From contig NZ_LGQZ01000056.1 in the NCBI RefSeq assembly GCF_003116015.1, forward strand, positions 34,003 to 58,002: DNA of 24,000 bases, written 5' to 3'. This document shows positions 7,455 to 14,655 of the stretch, in pieces. The notes under the pieces were generated by a model that was given only the letters and a program-made list of their open reading frames with translations, searched no databases and was not told the origin of the DNA. Both the position numbers and the translations under genes were made by a program. The first letter of the stretch is position 1; each line of letters begins with the position of its first letter. Source of the DNA: Azospirillum sp. TSO22-1. Lineage in GTDB: Bacteria > Pseudomonadota > Alphaproteobacteria > Azospirillales > Azospirillaceae.

Positions 7455-7462
7455 CCGGCGGC

Positions 7463-7780
7463 TCACTCCTCGATCGTCATGATCCGCTTCATCCGCGTCA
7501 CCTCCAGCACGCGGCGGACCTGACCGGACGCGGCGCGCAGCACCAGCGTGCGGTTGGCGCGCCGCATCTCCTCGTGCGCGATCAGCAGCATGCCCAGGCC
7601 GGCGGAGTCGATGTGCTGGAGTGCGCTGACGTCCAGCACGTGGCGTGGCGCGTGGTGGCGCAGCAGGCCATCCAGCGCCGAACGCATGGATGGGTAGGTC
7701 TCGAAGGTCAGGTGCCCGTGCAGGTAGGAAACCCCGTCGCCTTCGCGCAGTTCGCAGGACGGGGTGCCGTCGGTGGTCAT
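7463..7780 (-). CDS. STAS-domain protein (anti-sigma-factor antagonist, SpoIIAA-like), orphan
   Basis: Perfect RBS AAGGAGG upstream of ATG 7780. VLDVSALQHIDSAGLGMLLIA contains the DSxGLG phosphorylatable-Ser motif. No kinase or PP2C partner lies in the window. Confidence 0.85.
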   Translation of the reverse strand: MTTDGTPSCELREGDGVSYLHGHLTFETYPSMRSALDGLLRHHAPRHVLDVSALQHIDSAGLGMLLIAHEEMRRANRTLVLRAASGQVRRVLEVTRMKRIMTIEE

Positions 7781-7994
7781 GCCGGTCCTCCTTGCGGATC
7801 ATTGTATGGTCTGTGCCCTGTAGAGCAACAACCGCGCCACAGCGGGGGTTTGGACGGCATAAGGCGCACACCGGCAAATGCATGGCGCATTTTCCGAGAA
7901 TTGGAAGAGTCGTCCAGTGCCGCCCCGAAATTGAGAATGTCCGGGTATGCAGGGAAGATTTCGTTAACCAAGCCCGCGCTACACTTGTGGCGCA

Positions 7995-8387
7995 ATGATG
8001 GACACCTCCCGTCTGCTCGCCACCGAGAAGTACTGGCTGAAGCGCGCCCGCGTGCGCCTCGCCATGGTTGCCGACGCAGCACCCGAACTGGGCGCGCGGG
8101 CGGCGGCGGACGGATCGGTGCTGGCCGACATCCGCATTGAGGATGGGCTGATCCGCGCCGTTCTGCCGGCCGGCAGCGCGCCGTGCTGCTGCCGCGGAGT
8201 CGACCTGGAGGGGGCGTGCGTGCTGCCGCTGGAGACCGGCGGATCGCTGCGCGCCGGCGGTCCGGCCGACCTGCTGATCGACCGCGGAGCCGAGCGGCGG
8301 CTGGTGCTGCGTGGCGGCGCCATTTCCACGGAAGGCTGCGATCTGGAGGTGGCGTGCTGTTGCACGCCGAGCGGCGTACCGGAATAG
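7995..8387 (+). CDS. Hypothetical 130-aa protein resembling only the N- and C-terminal beta-sandwich pieces of a metal-dependent amidohydrolase (no TIM barrel); possibly a deletion remnant
   Basis: GC3 is high in this frame. YWLKRARVRL...ADIRIEDGLIRAVLP...VDLEGACVLP resembles an amidohydrolase N-terminus. TGGSLRAGGPADLLIDRGAERRLVLRGG resembles an amidohydrolase C-terminus. The HxH motif and barrel segment are absent. Two CCC triplets are present. Confidence 0.55.
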   Translation: MMDTSRLLATEKYWLKRARVRLAMVADAAPELGARAAADGSVLADIRIEDGLIRAVLPAGSAPCCCRGVDLEGACVLPLETGGSLRAGGPADLLIDRGAERRLVLRGGAISTEGCDLEVACCCTPSGVPE

Positions 8388-8446
8388 GGTATGGTATTAG
8401 GCCATCTGGCATAGGCCCCCGCCAAGCGTCTCGACATCGGAACTGA

Positions 8447-8466
8447 ACTGAACGATATAGTTCAGT
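8447..8466. promoter_or_regulatory. Candidate operator ACTGAAC-GATATA-GTTCAGT overlapping a putative -10 upstream of the RND operon
   Basis: Perfect 7-bp inverted repeat with a 6-bp AT spacer. TATAGT (8456-8461) lies inside it and TCGACA (8431-8436) lies 19 nt upstream. It is 69 nt upstream of the adaptor ATG at 8535. Confidence 0.4.
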
Positions 8467-8534
8467 CCAGACGGCGGTCCCCTTTCGGCGGCCGCCCAAG
8501 AAATCACGCGTCCTCCCCGGGTTCAGAGAGTTCC

Positions 8535-9728
8535 ATGCGCCCTTCACGCCTCATCGCGCTTCTCATCCTCGTTGCCGTGGCCGGCGGGGGCTGGTGGTAC
8601 TTCGTCAAGAACGGCGGCACTCTCGGGGATCTCGCCGCGAAGCTGCCGCCGTCCATGGGCGGCGCCTCGCCGGGCGCGCCTCCGGGCGGCAAGCCGGGCG
8701 GTCCGGCGGCCGGCGGCGCTCCGGGCGCCATGCCGCCGATGCCGGTGGAGGCGGTGCCGGTGCGCGTCGGCGCGATGGCGCGGACGATCACCGCGGTGGG
8801 CTCGCTGCTGTCCAACGAATCGGTGGTGATCCGCCCCGAGGTGGCCGGCCGCATCACCGAGATCGCCTTCAAGGAGGGGCAGCGGGTCGCCCGGGGGGCG
8901 GTGCTGATCCGCCTCGACGACACGGTGGCGAAGGCGACGCTGGCCCAGGCGCAGGCGTCCATCGCCTTCGACAAGGCCGAGTTGGGCCGTGCCGAGGAGC
9001 TGCTGCGCCAGAACGCCGGCCCGGCGCGCAACCGCGAGCAGGCCGCCGCCAAGCTGCAGGCCGACCAGGCCGCCGTGCAGCTGGCGCAGGCGCAGCTGGA
9101 GAAGCTGACCATCACGGCGCCGTTCGACGGCGTGCTCGGCCTGCGCAAGGTGTCGGTCGGCGACTACGTCTCGGCCGGCAAGGACATCGTGAACCTGGAG
9201 GCCATCGACACCCTGAAGCTCGACTTCCGGGTGCCGGAGGCCTACCTGCCGGCGGTGCGCGTCGGACAGACGCTGGCGGTGTCGGTGGACGCCTTCGGCG
9301 GCCGCAAGTTCGAGGGTGAGGTCTACGCCATCGACCCGCTGATCGACGTCAACGGCCGCGCGCTGGCGGTGCGCGCCCGCGTGCCGAACAGCGACGGCGC
9401 GCTGCGCCCCGGGCTGTTCGCCCGCGTCACGCTGACGCTGACCATCGACCAGAACGCCGTGCTGGTGCCCGAACAGTCGGTCGTCGCCTTCGGCACCGAC
9501 CAGTTCGTCTTCAAGGTGGTGGACGGCAAGGTGGCGCAGACCAAGGTCAAGCTGGGCGACCGCCGCAACGCCGAGGTGGAGATCGTCGAGGGCCTGAAGC
9601 CGCAGGACGTCGTCGTCACCGCCGGCCAGCTGAAGATCCGCGACGGCGCCCCGGTGATGGTCATCGATCCCACGAAGACGCCGCCGGGGCCGCAGGCCAA
9701 CGGCGCCGCCAAGCCGGCGGGAGGCTGA
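8535..9728 (+). CDS. Efflux RND transporter periplasmic adaptor subunit (MFP/HlyD family)
   Basis: N-terminal TM anchor, a Pro/Gly-rich linker, then the typical adaptor motifs (VRPEVAGRITEI, the coiled-coil QAQLEKLTITAPFDGVLG, and the beta-barrel segment). It sits directly upstream of the RND pump, with a 3-nt gap. Confidence 0.9.
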   Translation: MRPSRLIALLILVAVAGGGWWYFVKNGGTLGDLAAKLPPSMGGASPGAPPGGKPGGPAAGGAPGAMPPMPVEAVPVRVGAMARTITAVGSLLSNESVVIRPEVAGRITEIAFKEGQRVARGAVLIRLDDTVAKATLAQAQASIAFDKAELGRAEELLRQNAGPARNREQAAAKLQADQAAVQLAQAQLEKLTITAPFDGVLGLRKVSVGDYVSAGKDIVNLEAIDTLKLDFRVPEAYLPAVRVGQTLAVSVDAFGGRKFEGEVYAIDPLIDVNGRALAVRARVPNSDGALRPGLFARVTLTLTIDQNAVLVPEQSVVAFGTDQFVFKVVDGKVAQTKVKLGDRRNAEVEIVEGLKPQDVVVTAGQLKIRDGAPVMVIDPTKTPPGPQANGAAKPAGG

Positions 9729-9731
9729 GGC

Positions 9732-12700
9732 ATGGTCCTCTCCGACATCTCGATCCGCCGGCCGGTGCTGGCGACGGTGATGAGTCTGGCGGTGATGCTG
9801 ATCGGCATCGTCTCGTACCAGCGTCTGGCGGTGCGCGAGTACCCGAAGATCGACGAGCCGGTCGTCACGGTGGAGACCACCTACAAGGGCGCCTCGGCCG
9901 AGATCATCGAATCCCAGGTCACCCAGCCGCTGGAGGACTCGCTCGCCGGCATCGAGGGCATCGACGTGATGTCCTCGATCAGCCGTCAGGAGAAGAGCCA
10001 GATCACCGTGCGCTTCCGCCTGGACCGCAACGTCGACGTGGCGGCCAGCGACGTGCGCGACCGGGTGGGGCGCGTGCGCGCCATGCTGCCGAACGAGATC
10101 GACGAGCCGGTCATCGCCAAGGTCGAGGCCGACGCGCAGCCGATCATCTATCTGGCGTTCTCGTCCGACCGCCACTCGCCGCTGGACGTGACGGACTTCG
10201 CCGACCGCTACGTCAAGGACCGCCTGCAGAACCTGCCCGGCGTGGCGCAGGTGCGCATCTTCGGCGAGCGGCGCTTCTCCATGCGCGTCTGGCTCGACCC
10301 GCAGCGCATGGCCGCCTACAAGATCACGCCGCAGGACGTCGAGAACGCCCTGCGCAAGCAGAACGTCGAGATCCCCGCCGGCCGCGTCGAGAGCGCGGCG
10401 CGCGAGTTCACCGTGGTGTCGGAGACCGACCTGCGCACCCCGCCGCAGTTCGACAACCTGATCCTGCGCGACGTCGACGGCTACCTGGTGCGCCTGAAGG
10501 ACGTCGGCCGCGCCGAGCTGGGGGCGCTGGACGAGCGCGTCTCGGCCCGCTTCAACGCCCGCCAGGCGGTCGCCATCGGCGTGGTCAAGCAGTCCACCGC
10601 CAACCCGCTGGACGTGTCGAAGGCGGTGCAGGCCGCCTTCCCGGCGATCCGCGCGGCGCTGCCCGAGGGCATGGCGGTGGACGTCGCCTACGACAGCTCG
10701 GTCTTCATCGCCAAGTCGATCGACGCGGTGTTCCAGACGATCTTCGAGGCGATCGTGCTGGTCATCCTGGTGATCTTCTTCTTCCTGCGCTCGTTCCGCG
10801 CCACGCTGGTGCCGCTGGTGACCATCCCGGTGTCGCTGGTCGGCGGCTTCGCGCTGATGCTGCTGTTCGGCTTCTCCATCAACACGCTGACGCTCTTGTC
10901 CATGGTGCTGGCCATCGGCCTCGTGGTGGACGACGCCATCGTGATGCTGGAGAACATCTTCCGCCACGTCGAGGAGGGCATGCCGCCCTTCCAGGCGGCG
11001 CTGAAGGGCTCGAAGGAGATCGGCTTCGCGGTGGTGGCGATGACCATCACGCTGGCCGCCGTGTACGCCCCCATCGGCTTCATGACCGGCCGGACGGGGC
11101 GCCTGTTCACCGAGTTCGCGCTGACGCTGGCCGGCGCGGTGATCGTGTCGGGCTTCGTGGCGCTGACGCTGTCGCCGATGATGTGCTCCAAGCTGCTGAA
11201 GCACCAGACCAAGCACAACATCCTCTACAACATCATCGAAGGCTTCCTGAACGGCCTGACCAACGGCTACCGCGCGGTGCTGCGGGGGTCGCTGAAGGCG
11301 CGGCCGCTGGTGCTGATCGTCGGCGCCGTGGTCGCCGGGGCCAGCTGGTGGCTGTTCAACAACATCAAGTCGGAGCTGGCGCCGGTCGAGGACCGCGGCA
11401 CCATCGTCGGCATCGCCATCGCGCCGGAGGGCTCGACCCTCGACTACACCCAGAAGTACGCCACCATGATGGAGGGGCTGTTCCGGCAGATCCCGGTGCT
11501 GGAGAAGTTCTTCGTGGTGGTCGGCTTCCCGGTGGTGAACCAGGGCATCGCCTTCGTCCGTCTGGTCGACTGGGACCAGCGCGACGTCAAGCAGCAGGCG
11601 ATCACCGCCCAGCTGTTCCCCAAGATGTTCGGCATCCCCGGCATCCTGGCCTTCGTCACCAACCCGCCGTCGCTGGGGCAGAGCCCGATCGACAAGCCGG
11701 TCAACTTCGTCATCCAGACGACGCTGCCCTACGAGGAACTGCAGAAGCTGGTCGACGCTATGATGGGCGAGGCGCGCAAGCACCCGGGCATCACCAACAT
11801 CGACACCGACCTGAAGCTGAACAAGCCGGAGCTGCGCATCTCCATCGACCGCGACAAGGCCGCCGACCTCGGCATCGACGTCGAGACGGTGGGCCGCACG
11901 CTGGAAACCTTCCTGGGCGGCCGGCAGGTCACCCGCTTCAAGAAGGAAGGCAAGCAGTACGACGTCATCGTCCAGGTCGACAAGGTGGACCGCCGCAACC
12001 CGGACGACATCGCGTCGATCTACGTGCGCGGCACGCCGCCGGCCTCCGCCGCCAGCGGGGTGTCCACCACCCTGGGGCCGATGGTCTCGCTGTCCAACCT
12101 CGTGAAGATCGATGAGCGGGTGTCGCCGAAGGAGCTGAACCACTTCAACAAGCTGCGCTCCGCCACCATCACCGCGACGCTGGCGCCGGGCACCTCGCTG
12201 GGCGAGGCGCTGAAGCACATGCAGGAGGCGGCGGCGCGCGTGCTGCCGGTGACGGCGCAGACCGACTACGCCGGCCAGAGCCGCGAGTTCCGCGAGTCGG
12301 CGACGGGGCTGTACTTCGTCTTCGTGCTGGCGCTGGCCTTCATCTACCTGGTGCTGGCGGCGCAGTTCGAGAGCTTCATCGACCCGTTCGTCATCATGCT
12401 GACGGTGCCGCTCTCCATGACCGGCGCCCTGGCGGCGCTGCTGTGGAGCGGGGCGACGATGAACGTGTACAGCCAGATCGGCCTCGTCACGCTGGTCGGC
12501 CTGATCACCAAGCACGGCATCCTGATCGTGGAGTTCGCCAACCAGCTGCAGCGCTCGGGGGTGGACATCCGCAAGGCGGTGGAGGAGGCGGCGGTGCTGC
12601 GCCTGCGCCCGATCCTGATGACGACCGGCGCCATGGTGCTGGGCGCGGTGCCGCTGGCCAACGCGCACGGGGCGGGCGGCGAGAGCCGTCAGGCGATCGG

Positions 12701-12845
12701 CGCGGTGATCGTCGGTGGCATGCTGCTGGGCACCTTCCTGACGCTGTTCGTGGTGCCGACGGTGTACAGCTACATCGCCAAGAAGAAGCCCTTCCCCTCG
12801 GAAGCCGACGAGGCTACGGCCTACGGCGCGCATCCGGCGGAGTGA
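9732..12845 (+). CDS. RND efflux permease (AcrB/AcrD/AcrF family, hydrophobe/amphiphile efflux)
   Basis: 1037 aa. MVLSDISIRRPVLATVMSLAVMLIG..., GLVVDDAIVMLENI... and the 12-TM plus two large periplasmic loop organisation are typical of this family. Confidence 0.95.
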   Translation: MVLSDISIRRPVLATVMSLAVMLIGIVSYQRLAVREYPKIDEPVVTVETTYKGASAEIIESQVTQPLEDSLAGIEGIDVMSSISRQEKSQITVRFRLDRNVDVAASDVRDRVGRVRAMLPNEIDEPVIAKVEADAQPIIYLAFSSDRHSPLDVTDFADRYVKDRLQNLPGVAQVRIFGERRFSMRVWLDPQRMAAYKITPQDVENALRKQNVEIPAGRVESAAREFTVVSETDLRTPPQFDNLILRDVDGYLVRLKDVGRAELGALDERVSARFNARQAVAIGVVKQSTANPLDVSKAVQAAFPAIRAALPEGMAVDVAYDSSVFIAKSIDAVFQTIFEAIVLVILVIFFFLRSFRATLVPLVTIPVSLVGGFALMLLFGFSINTLTLLSMVLAIGLVVDDAIVMLENIFRHVEEGMPPFQAALKGSKEIGFAVVAMTITLAAVYAPIGFMTGRTGRLFTEFALTLAGAVIVSGFVALTLSPMMCSKLLKHQTKHNILYNIIEGFLNGLTNGYRAVLRGSLKARPLVLIVGAVVAGASWWLFNNIKSELAPVEDRGTIVGIAIAPEGSTLDYTQKYATMMEGLFRQIPVLEKFFVVVGFPVVNQGIAFVRLVDWDQRDVKQQAITAQLFPKMFGIPGILAFVTNPPSLGQSPIDKPVNFVIQTTLPYEELQKLVDAMMGEARKHPGITNIDTDLKLNKPELRISIDRDKAADLGIDVETVGRTLETFLGGRQVTRFKKEGKQYDVIVQVDKVDRRNPDDIASIYVRGTPPASAASGVSTTLGPMVSLSNLVKIDERVSPKELNHFNKLRSATITATLAPGTSLGEALKHMQEAAARVLPVTAQTDYAGQSREFRESATGLYFVFVLALAFIYLVLAAQFESFIDPFVIMLTVPLSMTGALAALLWSGATMNVYSQIGLVTLVGLITKHGILIVEFANQLQRSGVDIRKAVEEAAVLRLRPILMTTGAMVLGAVPLANAHGAGGESRQAIGAVIVGGMLLGTFLTLFVVPTVYSYIAKKKPFPSEADEATAYGAHPAE

Positions 12846-12853
12846 TGCCTGAA

Positions 12854-12896
12854 AGCCCCTCTCCCCTCGAGGGAGAGGGGTTTGGGGAGAGGGGGC
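12854..12896. repeat. Left terminal inverted repeat of the DUF559 cassette (contains a perfect 10-bp hairpin at 12856-12880)
   Basis: AGCCCCTCTCCCCTCGAGGGAGAGGGGTTTGGGGAGAGGGGGC. Its reverse complement matches 13254-13295 except for one A indel and one G/A change. Confidence 0.85.
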
Positions 12897-12899
12897 AAC

Positions 12900-13244
12900 T
12901 CAGGGGCCTTGCACGAACACCGGATCGTCCGCCGCCGCGAGGATCGTGGCGAGCACGTCCTCAAGCCTTGTCAAAACTTCGGGGTTCCAGAACCGCAACA
13001 CCCAGAATCCGGCAGCTTCGAGGTAAGCGGTCCGCGCAGCGTCAACGTGCGGTCCATGTTGCCCGCCATCGACCTCGACCACCAAGCCGTGCTCGAAGCA
13101 GATGAAATCGACAATGTACCGGCCGATAGGTTGCTGGCGTTTGAACTTCAGGCCGTTCAGGCGGTGGTTGCGCAACGCGCTCCAGAGGCGCCGCTCGGCA
13201 TCGGTTGAGTTCTGGCGGAGGCTCTTGGTGCGCGTGGTGGACAT
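12900..13244 (-). CDS. DUF559 domain protein (Vsr-like / restriction-endonuclease fold)
   Basis: LRQNSTDAERRLWSALRNHRLNGLKFKRQQPIGRYIVDFICFEHGLVVEVDGGQH...VLRFWNPEV is the DUF559 signature. I prefer ATG 13244 (MSTTRTK...). The alternative start at 13268 would read into the flanking repeat. Confidence 0.85.
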   Translation of the reverse strand: MSTTRTKSLRQNSTDAERRLWSALRNHRLNGLKFKRQQPIGRYIVDFICFEHGLVVEVDGGQHGPHVDAARTAYLEAAGFWVLRFWNPEVLTRLEDVLATILAAADDPVFVQGP

Positions 13245-13253
13245 CTCGCGTCG

Positions 13254-13296
13254 GCCCCCTCTCCCCAACCCCTCTCCCTCAAGGGGAGAGGGGCTT
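13254..13296. repeat. Right terminal inverted repeat of the DUF559 cassette (hairpin 13269-13293)
   Basis: GCCCCCTCTCCCCAACCCCTCTCCCTCAAGGGGAGAGGGGCTT is a near-perfect inverted copy of 12854-12896. Confidence 0.85.
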
Positions 13297-13300
13297 TATC

Positions 13301-13720
13301 TCACCCCGCCGACGCGGCGTCCTCGCTGGCCAGGTAGGGCTGGTACTGCTTGTCGGTGGTCTGGATGTGCTCGATCAGCCATTCCTTCAGCAGCAGGATC
13401 AGGTCGATGCGCAGCATCATCGTGTGGTCGCCGTTCAGCTCGCCGGCCAGCTTCTCGACCTCGTCCACGAAGTAGCGGTGCGCCGCCTTGTGCGTCTCCA
13501 AGTCGGGGAAGCCGTGGCGCTCCATGAACGCCTCCTCGCGGCGGAAGTGCACGTTCGTGTAGTCGCGCAGGCCCTCGATCAGCGGGATCAGGTCGTCCTT
13601 GCTCTTGGTGGAGACGCCGGTCTTCAGCAGGCCGTTGAACATCTCCAAGAGCCGCTTGTGGTCGGTGTCGAGGATCCCGACGCCGACGCTCATCGAATCG
13701 TCCCAGACGACGTGGTCCAT
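13301..13720 (-). CDS. Bacteriohemerythrin (hemerythrin-like metal-binding protein)
   Basis: RBS GAGGAGGA. VVWDDSMSVGVGILDTDHKRLLEM..., HFRREEAFM, HKAAHRYF and EHIQTTD supply the His/Glu/Asp di-iron ligand pattern. Confidence 0.9.
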   Translation of the reverse strand: MDHVVWDDSMSVGVGILDTDHKRLLEMFNGLLKTGVSTKSKDDLIPLIEGLRDYTNVHFRREEAFMERHGFPDLETHKAAHRYFVDEVEKLAGELNGDHTMMLRIDLILLLKEWLIEHIQTTDKQYQPYLASEDAASAG

Positions 13721-13874
13721 CAGCCTTCCTCCTCACCCCTGCCCAGCAAAAACATTAGTTGGTGCCTCCAACGCCCATCAAGGCCTAATCCGAGCGGCAA
13801 AAGCCCGCAGGCTCCCTTTGCGGGAACGCCCTGGCGTCCTATAAAGCGGGGGAGGGCAAGACGGGGGTGGAGCG

Positions 13875-14621
13875 ATGGCGCTGCTGGATGACATCAACGC
13901 GAAGAAGCGCGCGCTCGACGCCGCCCGGCCGCTGCCGGTCGAGGTGGTGAGCGAACTGGCCGACCGCTTCGAGCGCGAGCTGACCATCGCCTGCGTCACC
14001 GTCGAAGGCATCGACCTGGTGCCGGAGGAGGTGCTGCACGTGCTCGGTCGCGGTGCCGTGCTGCGCAACCGGCCGCCGGAGCCGCAGCGCCTCGTCCAGA
14101 ACCATGCGCAGGCGCTGCACCTGATGGCGCGGCTGGCCTACGAGGGCGGCGGGGTGATCACCGAGCGCACGGTGGCGGCCTTCCACGGCGTGCTGTTCCA
14201 GGGGCTGGACGCCGGCGCCGGCCAGTACCGCGACTCGCCGCTGCCCGACGAGGGCGAGACCGCCGACCCGGCGAAGATCCGCGTGTCCATGTCGGCGCTG
14301 AGCGGCTGGCTGCGCCGCACCGACCCCGGCGTGGAGACGGCGCTGGAGGCGCACCATCGCCTGATGATCGTGCGGCCCTTTGCGCAGGGCAACGCGGCCG
14401 TGGCGCTGCTGATCCTCAACCTGATCCTGAACCGCGCCGGCTACCCGCCGGTGGCGGTGCACCCGGACGACCTCCAGGGCTACGCCGACAGCGTCGACCG
14501 CGCACGCACGGTGGGCGACAAGGTGCCGTACCGCGACGTCATGCTGAAGCTGCTGGGCCGCGCGCTGGACGACTGCCTGGAGGCGATGGCGCGGGCGGCG
14601 GGGGTGGAGAACGCGTCGTAG
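13875..14621 (+). CDS. Fic/DOC-fold protein with a degenerate catalytic motif (probable pseudo-enzyme)
   Basis: The overall Fic layout is present (…VTVEGIDLVPEEVLHVL…, AGQYRDSP, AHHRLMIVRPFAQGNAAVALLILNLILNRAGYPP). However, the core reads RPFAQGNAAVAL instead of HPFx(D/E)GNGRxxR. Confidence 0.8.
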   Translation: MALLDDINAKKRALDAARPLPVEVVSELADRFERELTIACVTVEGIDLVPEEVLHVLGRGAVLRNRPPEPQRLVQNHAQALHLMARLAYEGGGVITERTVAAFHGVLFQGLDAGAGQYRDSPLPDEGETADPAKIRVSMSALSGWLRRTDPGVETALEAHHRLMIVRPFAQGNAAVALLILNLILNRAGYPPVAVHPDDLQGYADSVDRARTVGDKVPYRDVMLKLLGRALDDCLEAMARAAGVENAS

Positions 14622-14655
14622 GCCCAAAGGGCGTGGCGTCGCGGGCAAGGCTTCA

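Larger units (their letters stand above)
12854..13296. mobile_element. Candidate miniature insertion cassette: DUF559 gene bounded by 43-bp inverted repeats
   Basis: The repeats fill the whole space between the stops of two convergent host genes (RND stop 12845, hemerythrin stop 13301). The internal ORF looks less GC-rich by eye. No transposase is present, so mobility is an inference. Confidence 0.4.

Noticed and set aside
6081-7883. 5' extension of the 810-aa minus-strand ORF that ends as clpP
   Set aside because: Only the last 209 codons are ClpP-like, and they have their own RBS and ATG at 6080. The extension runs antisense through the GT2, PHA-system and STAS genes.
7883-7998. 38-codon ORF (MAHFPRIGRVVQCRPEIENVRVCREDFVNQARATLVAQ) in the STAS/7995 divergent region
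   Set aside because: It is short, has no RBS, shows atypical codon usage and lies where promoters are expected. The support is insufficient.
8439-8462. ECF/EcfG-like promoter GGAAC-N15-AGTT upstream of the RND operon
   Set aside because: The spacer is one or two nt shorter than the GGAAC-N16-17-CGTT consensus, and the C of CGTT is missing. The sigma70-like reading with an overlapping operator fits at least as well.
8544-12833. 1429-aa ORF on the minus strand
   Set aside because: It lies exactly antisense to the adaptor and RND genes, both of which have unmistakable homology. Its translation is an R/H/D/G/Q-rich string without motifs. This is the typical stop-codon-poor antisense frame of a high-GC genome.
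12882-13208. 108-aa plus-strand ORF inside the DUF559 cassette
   Set aside because: It is antisense to the DUF559 gene, which has a clear family signature. It has no motifs of its own.
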